From: a virus
DNA: 59,807 bases
Reading direction: 5' to 3' (one strand)
IMG/VR virus record: IMGVR_UViG_3300045988_174840
Shown here: piece by piece, positions 1 to 6,441 of the stretch
Layout: each line of letters opens with the position of its first letter
How positions within the stretch are numbered: position 1 is the first letter of the stretch
Position numbers and translations under genes: made by a program
The notes under the pieces: model-generated
Seen by the model: the letters and a program-made list of their open reading frames with translations, nothing else
What the model was told of the DNA's origin: nothing
The model's database searches: none

Positions 1-55
1 AACTTGTTACAATGGTATTATATCGCACCTTAGCTTAAAAGTCAAGCATTTTCGT

Positions 56-235
56 TTATTTTTTAAAATCTTTTAACTGCTGGTTTGTAGACAACTCTTT
101 AATTTTATATTTATGTAATCTGTTGTTTAAACAATAAATGCATGAACCATGGTTTCTGCACTGCATTGATATTGCTTTTGCTTTGCGGTATTCTTTTCTA
201 TGCTCTTTACCACTTTTAATTGCTTTGTCCATCAT
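56..235 (-). CDS. small Cys-rich hypothetical protein (59 aa, MMDKAIKSGKEHRKEYRK...CRNHGSCIYC)
   Basis: Minus-strand ORF below the 60-aa cutoff of the track. The ATG is preceded by an AGGTGG ribosome-binding site. Found by manual translation. Confidence 0.35.
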   Translation of the reverse strand: MMDKAIKSGKEHRKEYRKAKAISMQCRNHGSCIYCLNNRLHKYKIKELSTNQQLKDFKK

Positions 236-252
236 GTTTAACCACCTACTTT

Positions 253-726
253 CTATAAGAAATTTTTTAATACTTCCATGATATTGTTTACATCAAAACT
301 ATTTTTGCCCCACTCTTTTCTATTGCGTTCCTCGTCATCAAAAAGCCATCCCTTACAATCAACGACAGTACTTTTTGGTGTACCATAGTTTACAATTTTG
401 ATTTCATCCCATTCAATACTAGGCAAGTGTTTTTCAAGCCATGCAAGTTTTACACTTGTTACCGCCGTATTATAAGAAGCTGACCCGCTTTTACTTAACC
501 AGCTTACAATACCGATTCTATAGCCATTAGCTTGTAACTTGTGAAGCACTCTTGCGAAAGCTGAAAAATTGAAAAGCGGTTTTGCTACTTTGTATGGTGT
601 AGTATCTTCTTTTTCCAAATATGCTAACCAGTTTTCCACGCCGTAGAAATTAGCAAGTGTGCCGTCCATGTCAAAATAAATAGTTCCCTTTGTGTTCATC
701 ATTTCTTTAATTGTATTATTCATCAT
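253..726 (-). CDS. HAD-superfamily 5'(3')-deoxyribonucleotidase-like hydrolase
   Basis: Track ORF 253..738. HAD motif I FDMDGTLA (DxDxT) lies near the N-terminus. The track start is TTG; the first ATG (MMNNTIK) at 726 follows an AAGGGAAGGA ribosome-binding site. Confidence 0.6.
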   Translation of the reverse strand: MMNNTIKEMMNTKGTIYFDMDGTLANFYGVENWLAYLEKEDTTPYKVAKPLFNFSAFARVLHKLQANGYRIGIVSWLSKSGSASYNTAVTSVKLAWLEKHLPSIEWDEIKIVNYGTPKSTVVDCKGWLFDDEERNRKEWGKNSFDVNNIMEVLKNFL

Positions 727-844
727 AATATCTACCAATCCTTCCCTTTTTGATTATCGCAAGTGCTTTGCGATTGACCGACCAATGATTATGTGAACCT
801 TGCTTTGTTTCTGTTTTTTAAGTTTAATGTCCTTCGACAAGTAT

Positions 845-873
845 ATATTACTACATCTTAGCGAAAAAGTCAA
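845..873 (-). promoter_or_regulatory. sigma-A-type promoter (TTGACT-17-TAATAT) for the HAD hydrolase gene, followed by a leader with a 7-bp hairpin
   Basis: Reverse complement reads TTGACT, a 17-nt spacer, then TAATAT. The leader contains the hairpin ATCGCAA-AGCAC-TTGCGAT. Confidence 0.5.
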
Positions 874-1170
874 ATTTATTTTTTATTGTGCAAAGTGATG
901 AAAATTTTACATAAAAATCATAGTATTTTTGTTAAAATGTACAAATGTAGAAAAATAATGCGGATTTAGGCAGATTTTTGTGCATTTTGCTATCTTAAAT
1001 ATCACATATTGTGTTTCTGCGTGTCAAAAAAGGTATGATTTTTTATTAAAATTTCGTCACTTTGCACAAGGTGTAGAAAATCTTAGCATTATTTTATTAA
1101 ATTTTGTACATTTTGTACACCATGTCAAAAAATGGGATTTTTTTAATTTATTTTTTGTGCAAATTGCCTA

Positions 1171-1200
1171 TTGACAAAAAGGTGCTAGATGTGGTATAAT
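1171..1200 (+). promoter_or_regulatory. consensus promoter P1 (TTGACA-17-TGG-TATAAT, extended -10)
   Basis: Exact TTGACA and TATAAT hexamers with a 17-nt spacer and TGn. The promoter reads into the GC hairpin CGGGGTGCCCCG at 1208..1219. Confidence 0.7.
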
Positions 1201-1245
1201 AAAATTTCGGGGTGCCCCGACCCCGAACGGAATTCGTCTACTTCC

Positions 1246-1274
1246 ATTATAGCATACTCGAGCCACCTTGTCAA
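1246..1274 (-). promoter_or_regulatory. consensus promoter P2 on the minus strand (TTGACA-17-TATAAT), left arm of an inverted repeat
   Basis: Reverse complement of 1246..1274 reads TTGACA, a 17-nt spacer, then TATAAT. It is convergent with P1 across the 1208..1219 hairpin. Confidence 0.65.
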
Positions 1275-1332
1275 GAGAAAAAATGCACAAATTTTAGGAT
1301 AAAAATTTTGAAAAATTTGTGCATTTTTTCTC

Positions 1333-1361
1333 TTGACAAAATGTCTCAACTATGCTATAAT
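1333..1361 (+). promoter_or_regulatory. consensus promoter P3 (TTGACA-17-TATAAT), right arm of the inverted repeat
   Basis: Exact hexamers with a 17-nt spacer. The predicted transcript starts in the GC-rich hairpin 1366..1398, which contains the perfect palindrome GCTCGCGAGC. Confidence 0.7.
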
Positions 1362-1445
1362 GGAAGGCTCGGCTCGCATGGGCTGCTCGCGAGCCGGCTA
1401 TTATAACACATTTTCCGCGACTTGTCAACCCCTTTTAAAAAATTT

Positions 1446-1522
1446 TTTTATTTTCGTCATTTTGCATAAAAATAAAATTCAGCATTTTGCACAAATTTTA
1501 TTTTCGTCATTTTGCATAAAAA
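1446..1522. repeat. two copies of a 27-bp direct repeat TTTTATTTTCGTCATTTTGCATAAAAA, 50 bp apart
   Basis: Identical copies at 1446..1472 and 1496..1522. A related copy (TTTCGTCACTTTGCACAA) sits at ~1052..1073. Confidence 0.8.
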
Positions 1523-1549
1523 AACAAAAGCCTAAATTATATAGGCTTT
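1515..1549 (-). terminator. Rho-independent terminator for minus-strand gene 1568..1774; may also stop plus-strand transcripts from P1 and P3
   Basis: Hairpin AAAGCCTA-AATTATA-TAGGCTTT, followed on the minus strand by TGTTTTTTTATG. Confidence 0.65.
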
Positions 1550-1567
1550 ATCATTACTCTTATTAAG

Positions 1568-1774
1568 TTATTTAGTATTACATTTACATTTTGCTTCTGT
1601 AATAATTTCTGTCTGATTAATTTCTGTATTGCTATTGTTATTAAAAAAATGGTCTGAGCCTTTTGCTAAAAAAACTATTATAGTTGCTAGAATCATTCCG
1701 ATTATAAGAAAACCAATTAGACCATTCAAATCTCTTCTAAATTCTTCATCTGTTGGGGCTTTTTCTTCTCTCAT
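1568..1774 (-). CDS. small membrane protein (68 aa, one transmembrane helix)
   Basis: Track ORF with the hydrophobic segment LIGFLIIGMILATIIVFLA. Confidence 0.45.
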   Translation of the reverse strand: MREEKAPTDEEFRRDLNGLIGFLIIGMILATIIVFLAKGSDHFFNNNSNTEINQTEIITEAKCKCNTK

Positions 1775-1820
1775 TTATTTTTTCCTTTTTTTAGAGTTGT
1801 GAGTTGTGAATTTCATGGAC

Positions 1821-2000
1821 TTAATTATTATTAAGTCCATGAAACTTTTTATTTTCTCGTTTCATTATTGTTTCATAAGCAATCTCTACTATTTCTTTTG
1901 AAATATTTTGATTTTCTGCTATTTTACAGAACATAATCACTGTATCATTTTCAAACCCTTTTACTTTAATTACATTATCCATCATCTCTGTTCTTGTCAT
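1821..2000 (-). CDS. small early protein (59 aa, MTRTEMMDNVIKVKGFENDTVIMFCKIAE...)
   Basis: The first 7 codons of track ORF 1821..2021 lie inside the conserved promoter leader. The true ATG at 2000 follows an AAGAGAGG ribosome-binding site. Confidence 0.5.
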   Translation of the reverse strand: MTRTEMMDNVIKVKGFENDTVIMFCKIAENQNISKEIVEIAYETIMKRENKKFHGLNNN

Positions 2001-2032
2001 TATTGCTTTCCTCTCTTTCATTTGATAATGTT

Positions 2033-2061
2033 ATTATACTATAAAGTCGGCTACTTGTCAA
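2033..2061 (-). promoter_or_regulatory. early promoter-leader cassette copy (TTGACA-17-TATAAT plus leader AACATTATCAAATGAAAGAGAGG)
   Basis: Reverse complement shows the consensus hexamers. The leader is shared with cassette copies at 2956, 3438, 3784, 4170, 4921 and 5977. Confidence 0.7.
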
Positions 2062-2159
2062 CTACATTTTTTAAATGTTTAATTGCTTTTTCTCATTTTT
2101 ACTATCTTTTTCTTTTTTCTTTGTCGCATGAGTTTTTAAAACTCATGCGACTTTTACTA

Positions 2160-2285
2160 TTATTTTATTACTACTGCGTAAGCAAGTTCTACTGTTGTAT
2201 TTGAAACTTCACTTTCTGCTAATTTACAAAACCAGATTGTCAGTTCATCTTCAAAGCCTCTTGCTTTAATCACATTGTCCGTCAT
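2160..2285 (-). CDS. truncated paralog (41 aa, MTDNVIKARGFEDELTIWFCKLAESEV...) of the 1821..2000 protein
   Basis: Manual translation. It shares DNVIKxxGFExxxxIxFCKxAE with the neighbouring gene and has its own promoter at 2318..2346. Confidence 0.4.
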   Translation of the reverse strand: MTDNVIKARGFEDELTIWFCKLAESEVSNTTVELAYAVVIK

Positions 2286-2317
2286 TTCTTTTTTTACTGT
2301 TGTCTTTGACTGTTTTT

Positions 2318-2346
2318 ATATTATCACAAAAGCTTGATTTTGTCAA
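2318..2346 (-). promoter_or_regulatory. promoter (TTGACA-17-TAATAT) for the 41-aa paralog
   Basis: Hexamers found on the reverse complement. Confidence 0.5.
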
Positions 2347-2364
2347 GTTTTTGTGATATTTTTT

Positions 2365-2697
2365 TTACTTTTTTTGTTTAAAATTACTATGTAATTCAAT
2401 TACTTTACCGCAGTTGTCACAAGTCCAATAGTAAATTGTTCCGACATTTTTTATATAGTCTGCGTTTGCAAATCTCCATTTATTTCCGCACTCTACACAG
2501 TAGCCATTGTTCCAATTTACTTTATCGGATGATTGTTCAATTTTAATTAGCCATGTAAAAGTGCATCCTATTAAAAGAGCTAAGATAATGCCAATTACTG
2601 TTTTAATGATTCGATTTCCATTTTCATAAAAGATGTTTACCATAAATCCGCCAACGAATATTGTCATAAGAATCGTTACTAAAATTGTTCTAATCAT
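2365..2697 (-). CDS. membrane protein with two transmembrane helices and a C-terminal CxxC...CxxC zinc ribbon (110 aa)
   Basis: Hydrophobic N-terminal half, then CVECGN...CDNCGK. A promoter TTGACA-17-TATTAT lies upstream at ~2730-2760. Confidence 0.5.
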   Translation of the reverse strand: MIRTILVTILMTIFVGGFMVNIFYENGNRIIKTVIGIILALLIGCTFTWLIKIEQSSDKVNWNNGYCVECGNKWRFANADYIKNVGTIYYWTCDNCGKVIELHSNFKQKK

Positions 2698-2720
2698 TTT
2701 TTAATTCCTTCTTTCTTTAT

Positions 2721-2921
2721 TTATTTATTATTACTATCTCTCTTAACTATATTTATAATATCACATTTTTCGGTTTTTGTCAAGCCTTTTTCCTCTTTTA
2801 AAATTCTATTGATTTGGTTTTTAATATCCTTCAAATCTTCAAGACTGCAATAAACTTTATCACCCCAACCGCCTTTAATTGTATAAGGATAACTCTTATC
2901 ATCACTTTTTTCTACTGTCAT
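2721..2921 (-). CDS. small early protein (66 aa, MTVEKSDDKSYPYTIKGGWGDKVYC...)
   Basis: The first 21 codons of track ORF 2721..2984 are the translated promoter cassette. The true ATG at 2921 follows the conserved leader and an AGAGAGAGG ribosome-binding site. Confidence 0.5.
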   Translation of the reverse strand: MTVEKSDDKSYPYTIKGGWGDKVYCSLEDLKDIKNQINRILKEEKGLTKTEKCDIINIVKRDSNNK

Positions 2922-2955
2922 TTTTATCAACCTCTCTCTTTCATTTGATAATGTT

Positions 2956-2984
2956 ATTATACTATAGGTCTTAACAAAAGTCAA
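2956..2984 (-). promoter_or_regulatory. early promoter-leader cassette copy (TTGACT-17-TATAAT). The -35 sits inside hairpin GGTCTTAAC-AAAA-GTCAAGACC, followed on the plus strand by TATTTTATTTTTT
   Basis: Seen on the reverse complement. The hairpin plus T-run reads as a terminator on the plus strand. Confidence 0.65.
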
Positions 2985-3002
2985 GACCTATTTTATTTTT
3001 TC

Positions 3003-3404
3003 TCAAATTTTTGTTATTCCTCTGTCTTTCAAATATTCACAAAAACTATCAGAGTCAAGCATTTTCGCAATGTCTTTCATTGAAACGTTCATTTTGTTAT
3101 ACACACAACGTACTTCAATAGGTTTAAATTTTTTTTCTGTAATAGCTGTTGATAAAGAATCTTCTACATTGCTTAATCGAACAACTCTTTTTTTAAAGAA
3201 ATTTTTTGAAATTTCAGCATTTATAAATAAACCTTTTTCAACTAAATTAATCAGTTCGTCAAAAGTGTTGATTGTAAAGTTCCTTGTCTTTGCTTCTGCT
3301 TCTTCTGGGGTAAGGTATCTTACGTGTTCCCAGATACTTGTATCAACAAAGTTTTTTCGACCCTCTATTCTGTACTTGAATCTATAATCATAAACTTCTT
3401 TCAT
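3003..3404 (-). CDS. hypothetical early protein (133 aa)
   Basis: Track ORF 3003..3413 starts at TTG. The ATG (MKEVYDYRF) at 3404 follows the leader AAGAAAGAGGTTGATAAAA. Confidence 0.5.
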   Translation of the reverse strand: MKEVYDYRFKYRIEGRKNFVDTSIWEHVRYLTPEEAEAKTRNFTINTFDELINLVEKGLFINAEISKNFFKKRVVRLSNVEDSLSTAITEKKFKPIEVRCVYNKMNVSMKDIAKMLDSDSFCEYLKDRGITKI

Positions 3405-3437
3405 TTTTATCAACCTCTTTCTTTATTTTCTATATTT

Positions 3438-3466
3438 ATTATACAGTATCTATTGACTTTTGTCAA
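3438..3466 (-). promoter_or_regulatory. early promoter-leader cassette copy (TTGACA-17-TATAAT)
   Basis: Reverse complement. The same downstream element TCAAGACCTATTTTATTTTTT occurs as at 2984. Confidence 0.65.
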
Positions 3467-3481
3467 GACCTATTTTATTTT

Positions 3482-3742
3482 TTATTTTGGAAGGATAACC
3501 TCAGCTTCGACAGGTACTACTTTCTCAGATGCCATAAAAGCTTTCATATATCCCGTAGCAAGATTAACCGCAATGAATCTACCTTTTTGTCTTTCCAAGA
3601 AAAAACCGCTATTCCTATCAATAATCATGTACAACCCGATTTCATCAATACCACCTCTTTGACTAATACTGAAAAAAGTTTTTCCTATTGTCAAGTCATT
3701 GATGCAAATTTCTGTTGCTTTTTTATCATAGTTGATTTTCAT
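3482..3742 (-). CDS. hypothetical early protein (86 aa, MKINYDKKATEICIND...)
   Basis: Track ORF with the cassette promoter 3784..3812 upstream. Confidence 0.5.
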   Translation of the reverse strand: MKINYDKKATEICINDLTIGKTFFSISQRGGIDEIGLYMIIDRNSGFFLERQKGRFIAVNLATGYMKAFMASEKVVPVEAEVILPK

Positions 3743-3783
3743 TTTTGTTTTCCTCTCTTTTTCTTTCTTTTATTTCTGTATTT

Positions 3784-3812
3784 ATTATATCATGTAGGGG
3801 CTGAAATGTCAA
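3784..3812 (-). promoter_or_regulatory. early promoter cassette copy (TTGACA-17-TATAAT). The -35 is embedded in hairpin AGGGGCTGAAATGTCAACCCCT (3796..3817)
   Basis: Reverse complement. The plus strand shows the hairpin followed by ATTTATTTTTTAAT. Confidence 0.65.
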
Positions 3813-3826
3813 CCCCTATTTATTTT

Positions 3827-4135
3827 TTAATGATTAAACCGCAGATAATTTTTAATCCAGTTTTTACCAAACTCTTTTTCTAACTGTTTTTCCTCTTCTG
3901 GGTTCGTTTCCATGATTGAGATTTTCATAATTGAATCCCAGTCCATAGTTGTAAACCACGTTCCCTCTTTCATGCCTTTACTAAAGTGAAAAGTGTCAAG
4001 AATAAAATCCATTGTTTCCTGTCGTTTAATTGTTTTCATACATTCTTCTAAAGAAAGAACCCGATTGTCAAAAACTGGTTTAGTTTCAAAACCTGTTACT
4101 TTCCATCCGCTAATTTTACTTTTAATTTTTAACAT
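3827..4135 (-). CDS. hypothetical early protein (102 aa)
   Basis: Track ORF 3827..4144 starts at TTG. The ATG (MLKIKSKISGW) follows the leader AAAAAGAGAGGTTGATAAAA. Confidence 0.5.
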   Translation of the reverse strand: MLKIKSKISGWKVTGFETKPVFDNRVLSLEECMKTIKRQETMDFILDTFHFSKGMKEGTWFTTMDWDSIMKISIMETNPEEEKQLEKEFGKNWIKNYLRFNH

Positions 4136-4169
4136 TTTTATCAACCTCTCTTTTTCATTTGATAATATT

Positions 4170-4198
4170 ATTATACACTACTTTTGAAAATCTGTCAA
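4170..4198 (-). promoter_or_regulatory. early promoter-leader cassette copy (TTGACA-17-TATAAT)
   Basis: Reverse complement of TCATTTGATAATATTATTATACACTAC...TGTCAAGAC. Confidence 0.65.
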
Positions 4199-4300
4199 GA
4201 CTTTTTTATTTTTTTCTTAACTATTTTTTTTACTTTCAACCATGTTTTTTGTTGTTGCTTTTTTATCATAATTAATTTTCATTTTAATTACCTCTCTTTC

Positions 4301-4483
4301 TTATTTAATTTCTTTAAAGATACTTTCATCTGTGGCATTACATAACTTATTATTTACGTTATACTTAGCATAAAGCCACTTTTTACAATCCCATTTTAGC
4401 GGACAATGATAACAAGTTGTAGTAAAAGCCGTGGTTTCCATCGGAATTGCAAGAAATATCTTTTTAAGTTTTTTAGTTATCAT
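4301..4483 (-). CDS. hypothetical early protein (60 aa, Cys-containing)
   Basis: Track ORF with a strong AAGGAAGGAG ribosome-binding site. Promoter 4517..4545 lies upstream. Confidence 0.5.
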   Translation of the reverse strand: MITKKLKKIFLAIPMETTAFTTTCYHCPLKWDCKKWLYAKYNVNNKLCNATDESIFKEIK

Positions 4484-4516
4484 ATTATTTTTTTCTCCTT
4501 CCTTTTAACTATCTTT

Positions 4517-4545
4517 ATAATACCATATTAAAATTATTTTGTCAA
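4517..4545 (-). promoter_or_regulatory. promoter (TTGACA-17-TATTAT)
   Basis: Hexamers on the reverse complement. Confidence 0.5.
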
Positions 4546-4624
4546 TCCCCTTTTATAAAAAATTATAAAAAAGGAAGATTTTTTATCTTCCTTTTACTTT
4601 TGTTTTATTCTTGTTTTTTTATTT

Positions 4625-4786
4625 TTATCTTAATAATCTTAATAAATAGTTATTTTCATGCTCTTTCAAAAAAGCGTTAATTTCTTCTATTGTTTCAGCG
4701 TAAATCTCGCCTGTCTCAGTGTCTACAAGCATCAATTTTTTACTTCCTAAAAATAATCCTAAATCTAACATATTTAAGCCCTCCAT
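4625..4786 (-). CDS. small hypothetical protein (53 aa, MEGLNMLDLGLFLGSKKLMLVDTETGEIYAETIEE...)
   Basis: Manual translation of an ORF below the track cutoff. Its start overlaps the stop of the upstream 39-aa ORF (TAATG). Confidence 0.3.
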   Translation of the reverse strand: MEGLNMLDLGLFLGSKKLMLVDTETGEIYAETIEEINAFLKEHENNYLLRLLR

Positions 4787-4905
4787 TAAGAAATTTTTAC
4801 CAGATAACCGTTTGTATTTTTTTCTACTGAAAAAATGTATTGATTATCTTTTAAGTATTTTTTTACAGTTTCAAATGCTTTTCGAGTTGTCAGTAACATT
4901 GTCAT
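4786..4905 (-). CDS. small hypothetical protein (39 aa, MTMLLTTRKAFETVKKYLKDNQYIFSVEKN...)
   Basis: Manual translation. It follows cassette leader ...AAAGAGAGGTAAAGGGAT and a promoter near 4921..4970. Confidence 0.3.
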   Translation of the reverse strand: MTMLLTTRKAFETVKKYLKDNQYIFSVEKNTNGYLVKIS

Positions 4906-5083
4906 ATCCCTTTACCTCTCTTTCATTTGATAATACTATGATACTATATTTCTTTGCTTTTGTCAAGCATTTTAGGAAAATTTTCTAAAGATTTTTTTAT
5001 GCGGATTTCCGCTGGAAAAACCTGAACTTAAAGAGATTATAGGCGAACCGACTCCAGAACTATCAAGTTCGGGAGTCCCTTTT

Positions 5084-5254
5084 TTATTTAAGGAATGATT
5101 CTAAAGCCTTGTAGCATAAATCAGCGTTTTCTTTATCTTTTATGCTAGTACCTTTAGAAAAGTCATTCATAGCGGCTGTCAGTAGTTCTGGTACTGAAAT
5201 AAATTCAAATACCAACTGTAAAGCCGCCAATTCATTAAGATTGACTTTTTTCAT
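5084..5254 (-). CDS. small hypothetical protein (56 aa, MKKVNLNELAALQLVFEFISVPELL...)
   Basis: Manual translation. An AAAGGAGATAAG ribosome-binding site and a TATAAT -10 lie upstream. Confidence 0.35.
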   Translation of the reverse strand: MKKVNLNELAALQLVFEFISVPELLTAAMNDFSKGTSIKDKENADLCYKALESFLK

Positions 5255-5400
5255 CGGTTCTTTCTTATCTCCTTTTTAAATATTTTATTTTCTTTACATT
5301 ATTATTATATCAAATTTTTTAATAAAAATCAAAAAAGATACTTTATCTAAACAAGCAAAGAAAAGGGCTGAACTTATTCCGCCCTTTTCCCGCTTCCCCG

Positions 5401-5667
5401 CTATCCTATTATCTCTGCATTTGTAATAATATCATCTGTCACGTTGTCAGTCCCTAAAGAATCCATGTATAATTTAACTCTATCTTTTGCTTTAAAACCG
5501 TCTCCATAGAAACTCCAAACATGTCCGTAGCTATCCATAACCACCACCTCATCATTAAAAGAGCTAATCACTTTAGCTTCTCTTGTATACTTAGTAAAGC
5601 TACCAAAACCGCAAATACTACTTAAAACTGCACTTACTGCTAATCCTAAAATCACCTTTTTCATCAT
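5401..5667 (-). CDS. secreted or lipoprotein-like small protein (signal peptide MMKKVILGLAVSAVLSSIC)
   Basis: Track ORF 5401..5679 starts at TTG. The first ATG at 5667 is followed by a hydrophobic signal sequence. Confidence 0.45.
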   Translation of the reverse strand: MMKKVILGLAVSAVLSSICGFGSFTKYTREAKVISSFNDEVVVMDSYGHVWSFYGDGFKAKDRVKLYMDSLGTDNVTDDIITNAEIIG

Positions 5668-5669
5668 AT

Positions 5670-5948
5670 CTAACTCCAACCTCTTTCTTTCTTAATCTTT
5701 TCGTATCTTTCTTTTGCTTCTTTTTCAATCTTCTTTTTGTCATACATTCTAATTTTCATTCTAGTATATCCGTCTCTTTTTAAACACCAACGTTCTGTTT
5801 TACGTTGTACTACTATTTTATCAATAGCTCTTTGCTGTACCTCTTGCTTATGAGTGTTGTAATATTTGATACTCTCAATTTCTAATAAAGTACTTATTGG
5901 TCTGTACTTATTGGTTACACTAAACAAAGTGCATTGAATTGTTATCAT
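5670..5948 (-). CDS. hypothetical basic protein (92 aa, K/E/R-rich C-terminus)
   Basis: Track ORF. Cassette promoter 5977..6005 and leader AAAAGAGAGGTGATAAGAAG lie upstream. Confidence 0.5.
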   Translation of the reverse strand: MITIQCTLFSVTNKYRPISTLLEIESIKYYNTHKQEVQQRAIDKIVVQRKTERWCLKRDGYTRMKIRMYDKKKIEKEAKERYEKIKKERGWS

Positions 5949-5976
5949 CTTCTTATCACCTCTCTTTTCAAGTATT

Positions 5977-6005
5977 ATTATACTACCTTATTATACCATT
6001 GTCAA
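5977..6005 (-). promoter_or_regulatory. early promoter-leader cassette copy (TTGACA-17-TATAAT)
   Basis: Reverse complement reads CTTGACAATGGTATAATAAGGTAGTATAATAATACTTGAAAAGAGAGG. Confidence 0.65.
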
Positions 6006-6412
6006 GCGTTTATTTATAGTATTTTTATTCGTCTTAATGCATATTTATTTATGTATATTTATTCACATTGCTAGTTAGCTTTACATATTTTATATTTATA
6101 TCCTTTTATAAATTTTATAAATTAAATTATAAAATAAAATATAATATATCAGTTATTGCATTGTTTTACTTAATATTTATTTAAGCATATCTTTCTTATT
6201 ATACTATTATGTTATTCTATTATAACTATTATAAGACAAGAGTCTTACGTTGAATACACTATTATTATTATTGTAACACTTCTATAAAAGTAATTACATA
6301 ATATAAAATATTATTATACTTATACTTTGTATGTATTGTTATAGTATAATATTATTATACTGTTATTATTATTATTATTATTATCTTTCCTTTATCTTAA
6401 GCTTAATCTCTC

Positions 6413-6441
6413 ATTATAACACCTTTAGCTCATTCTGTCAA
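6413..6441 (-). promoter_or_regulatory. consensus promoter (TTGACA-17-TATAAT) reading leftward into the 6000-6400 AT-rich non-coding block
   Basis: Reverse complement reads TGTCTATTGACAGAATGAGCTAAAGGTGTTATAATGAGAG. The -35 lies within a TGTC-N4-GACA palindrome. Confidence 0.65.

Larger units (their letters stand above)
1241..1366. repeat. ~126-bp imperfect palindrome carrying divergent promoters P2 and P3
   Basis: The left arm (CTTCCATTATAGCATA...TTGTCAAGAGAAAAAATGCACAAATTTT) is the reverse complement of the right arm. Only an 11-nt internal segment differs. Confidence 0.8.

Noticed and set aside
980-1566. Plus-strand track ORFs 980..1174, 1212..1406 and 1333..1566 in the regulatory hub
   Set aside because: They have low-complexity, Cys/Phe/Leu-rich, AT-driven translations and no ribosome-binding sites. 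They overlap promoters, palindromes and repeats, so the region reads better as non-coding regulatory DNA.
1908-4988. Plus-strand track ORFs (1908..2204, 3070..3387, 3324..3662, 3587..3883, 3993..4187, 4719..4988) antisense to the early genes
   Set aside because: They are antisense shadows of minus-strand genes and cassettes. They have Phe/Leu/Ile-rich junk composition and no ribosome-binding sites.
4986-5092. Possible tRNA or structured RNA (GCGGATTTCCGC and GACTCC...GGGAGTC hairpins)
   Set aside because: No cloverleaf could be built: no D-arm, and the would-be T-arm has a 15-nt loop. It is more simply a hairpin plus T-run terminator-like element like those in the other cassettes.
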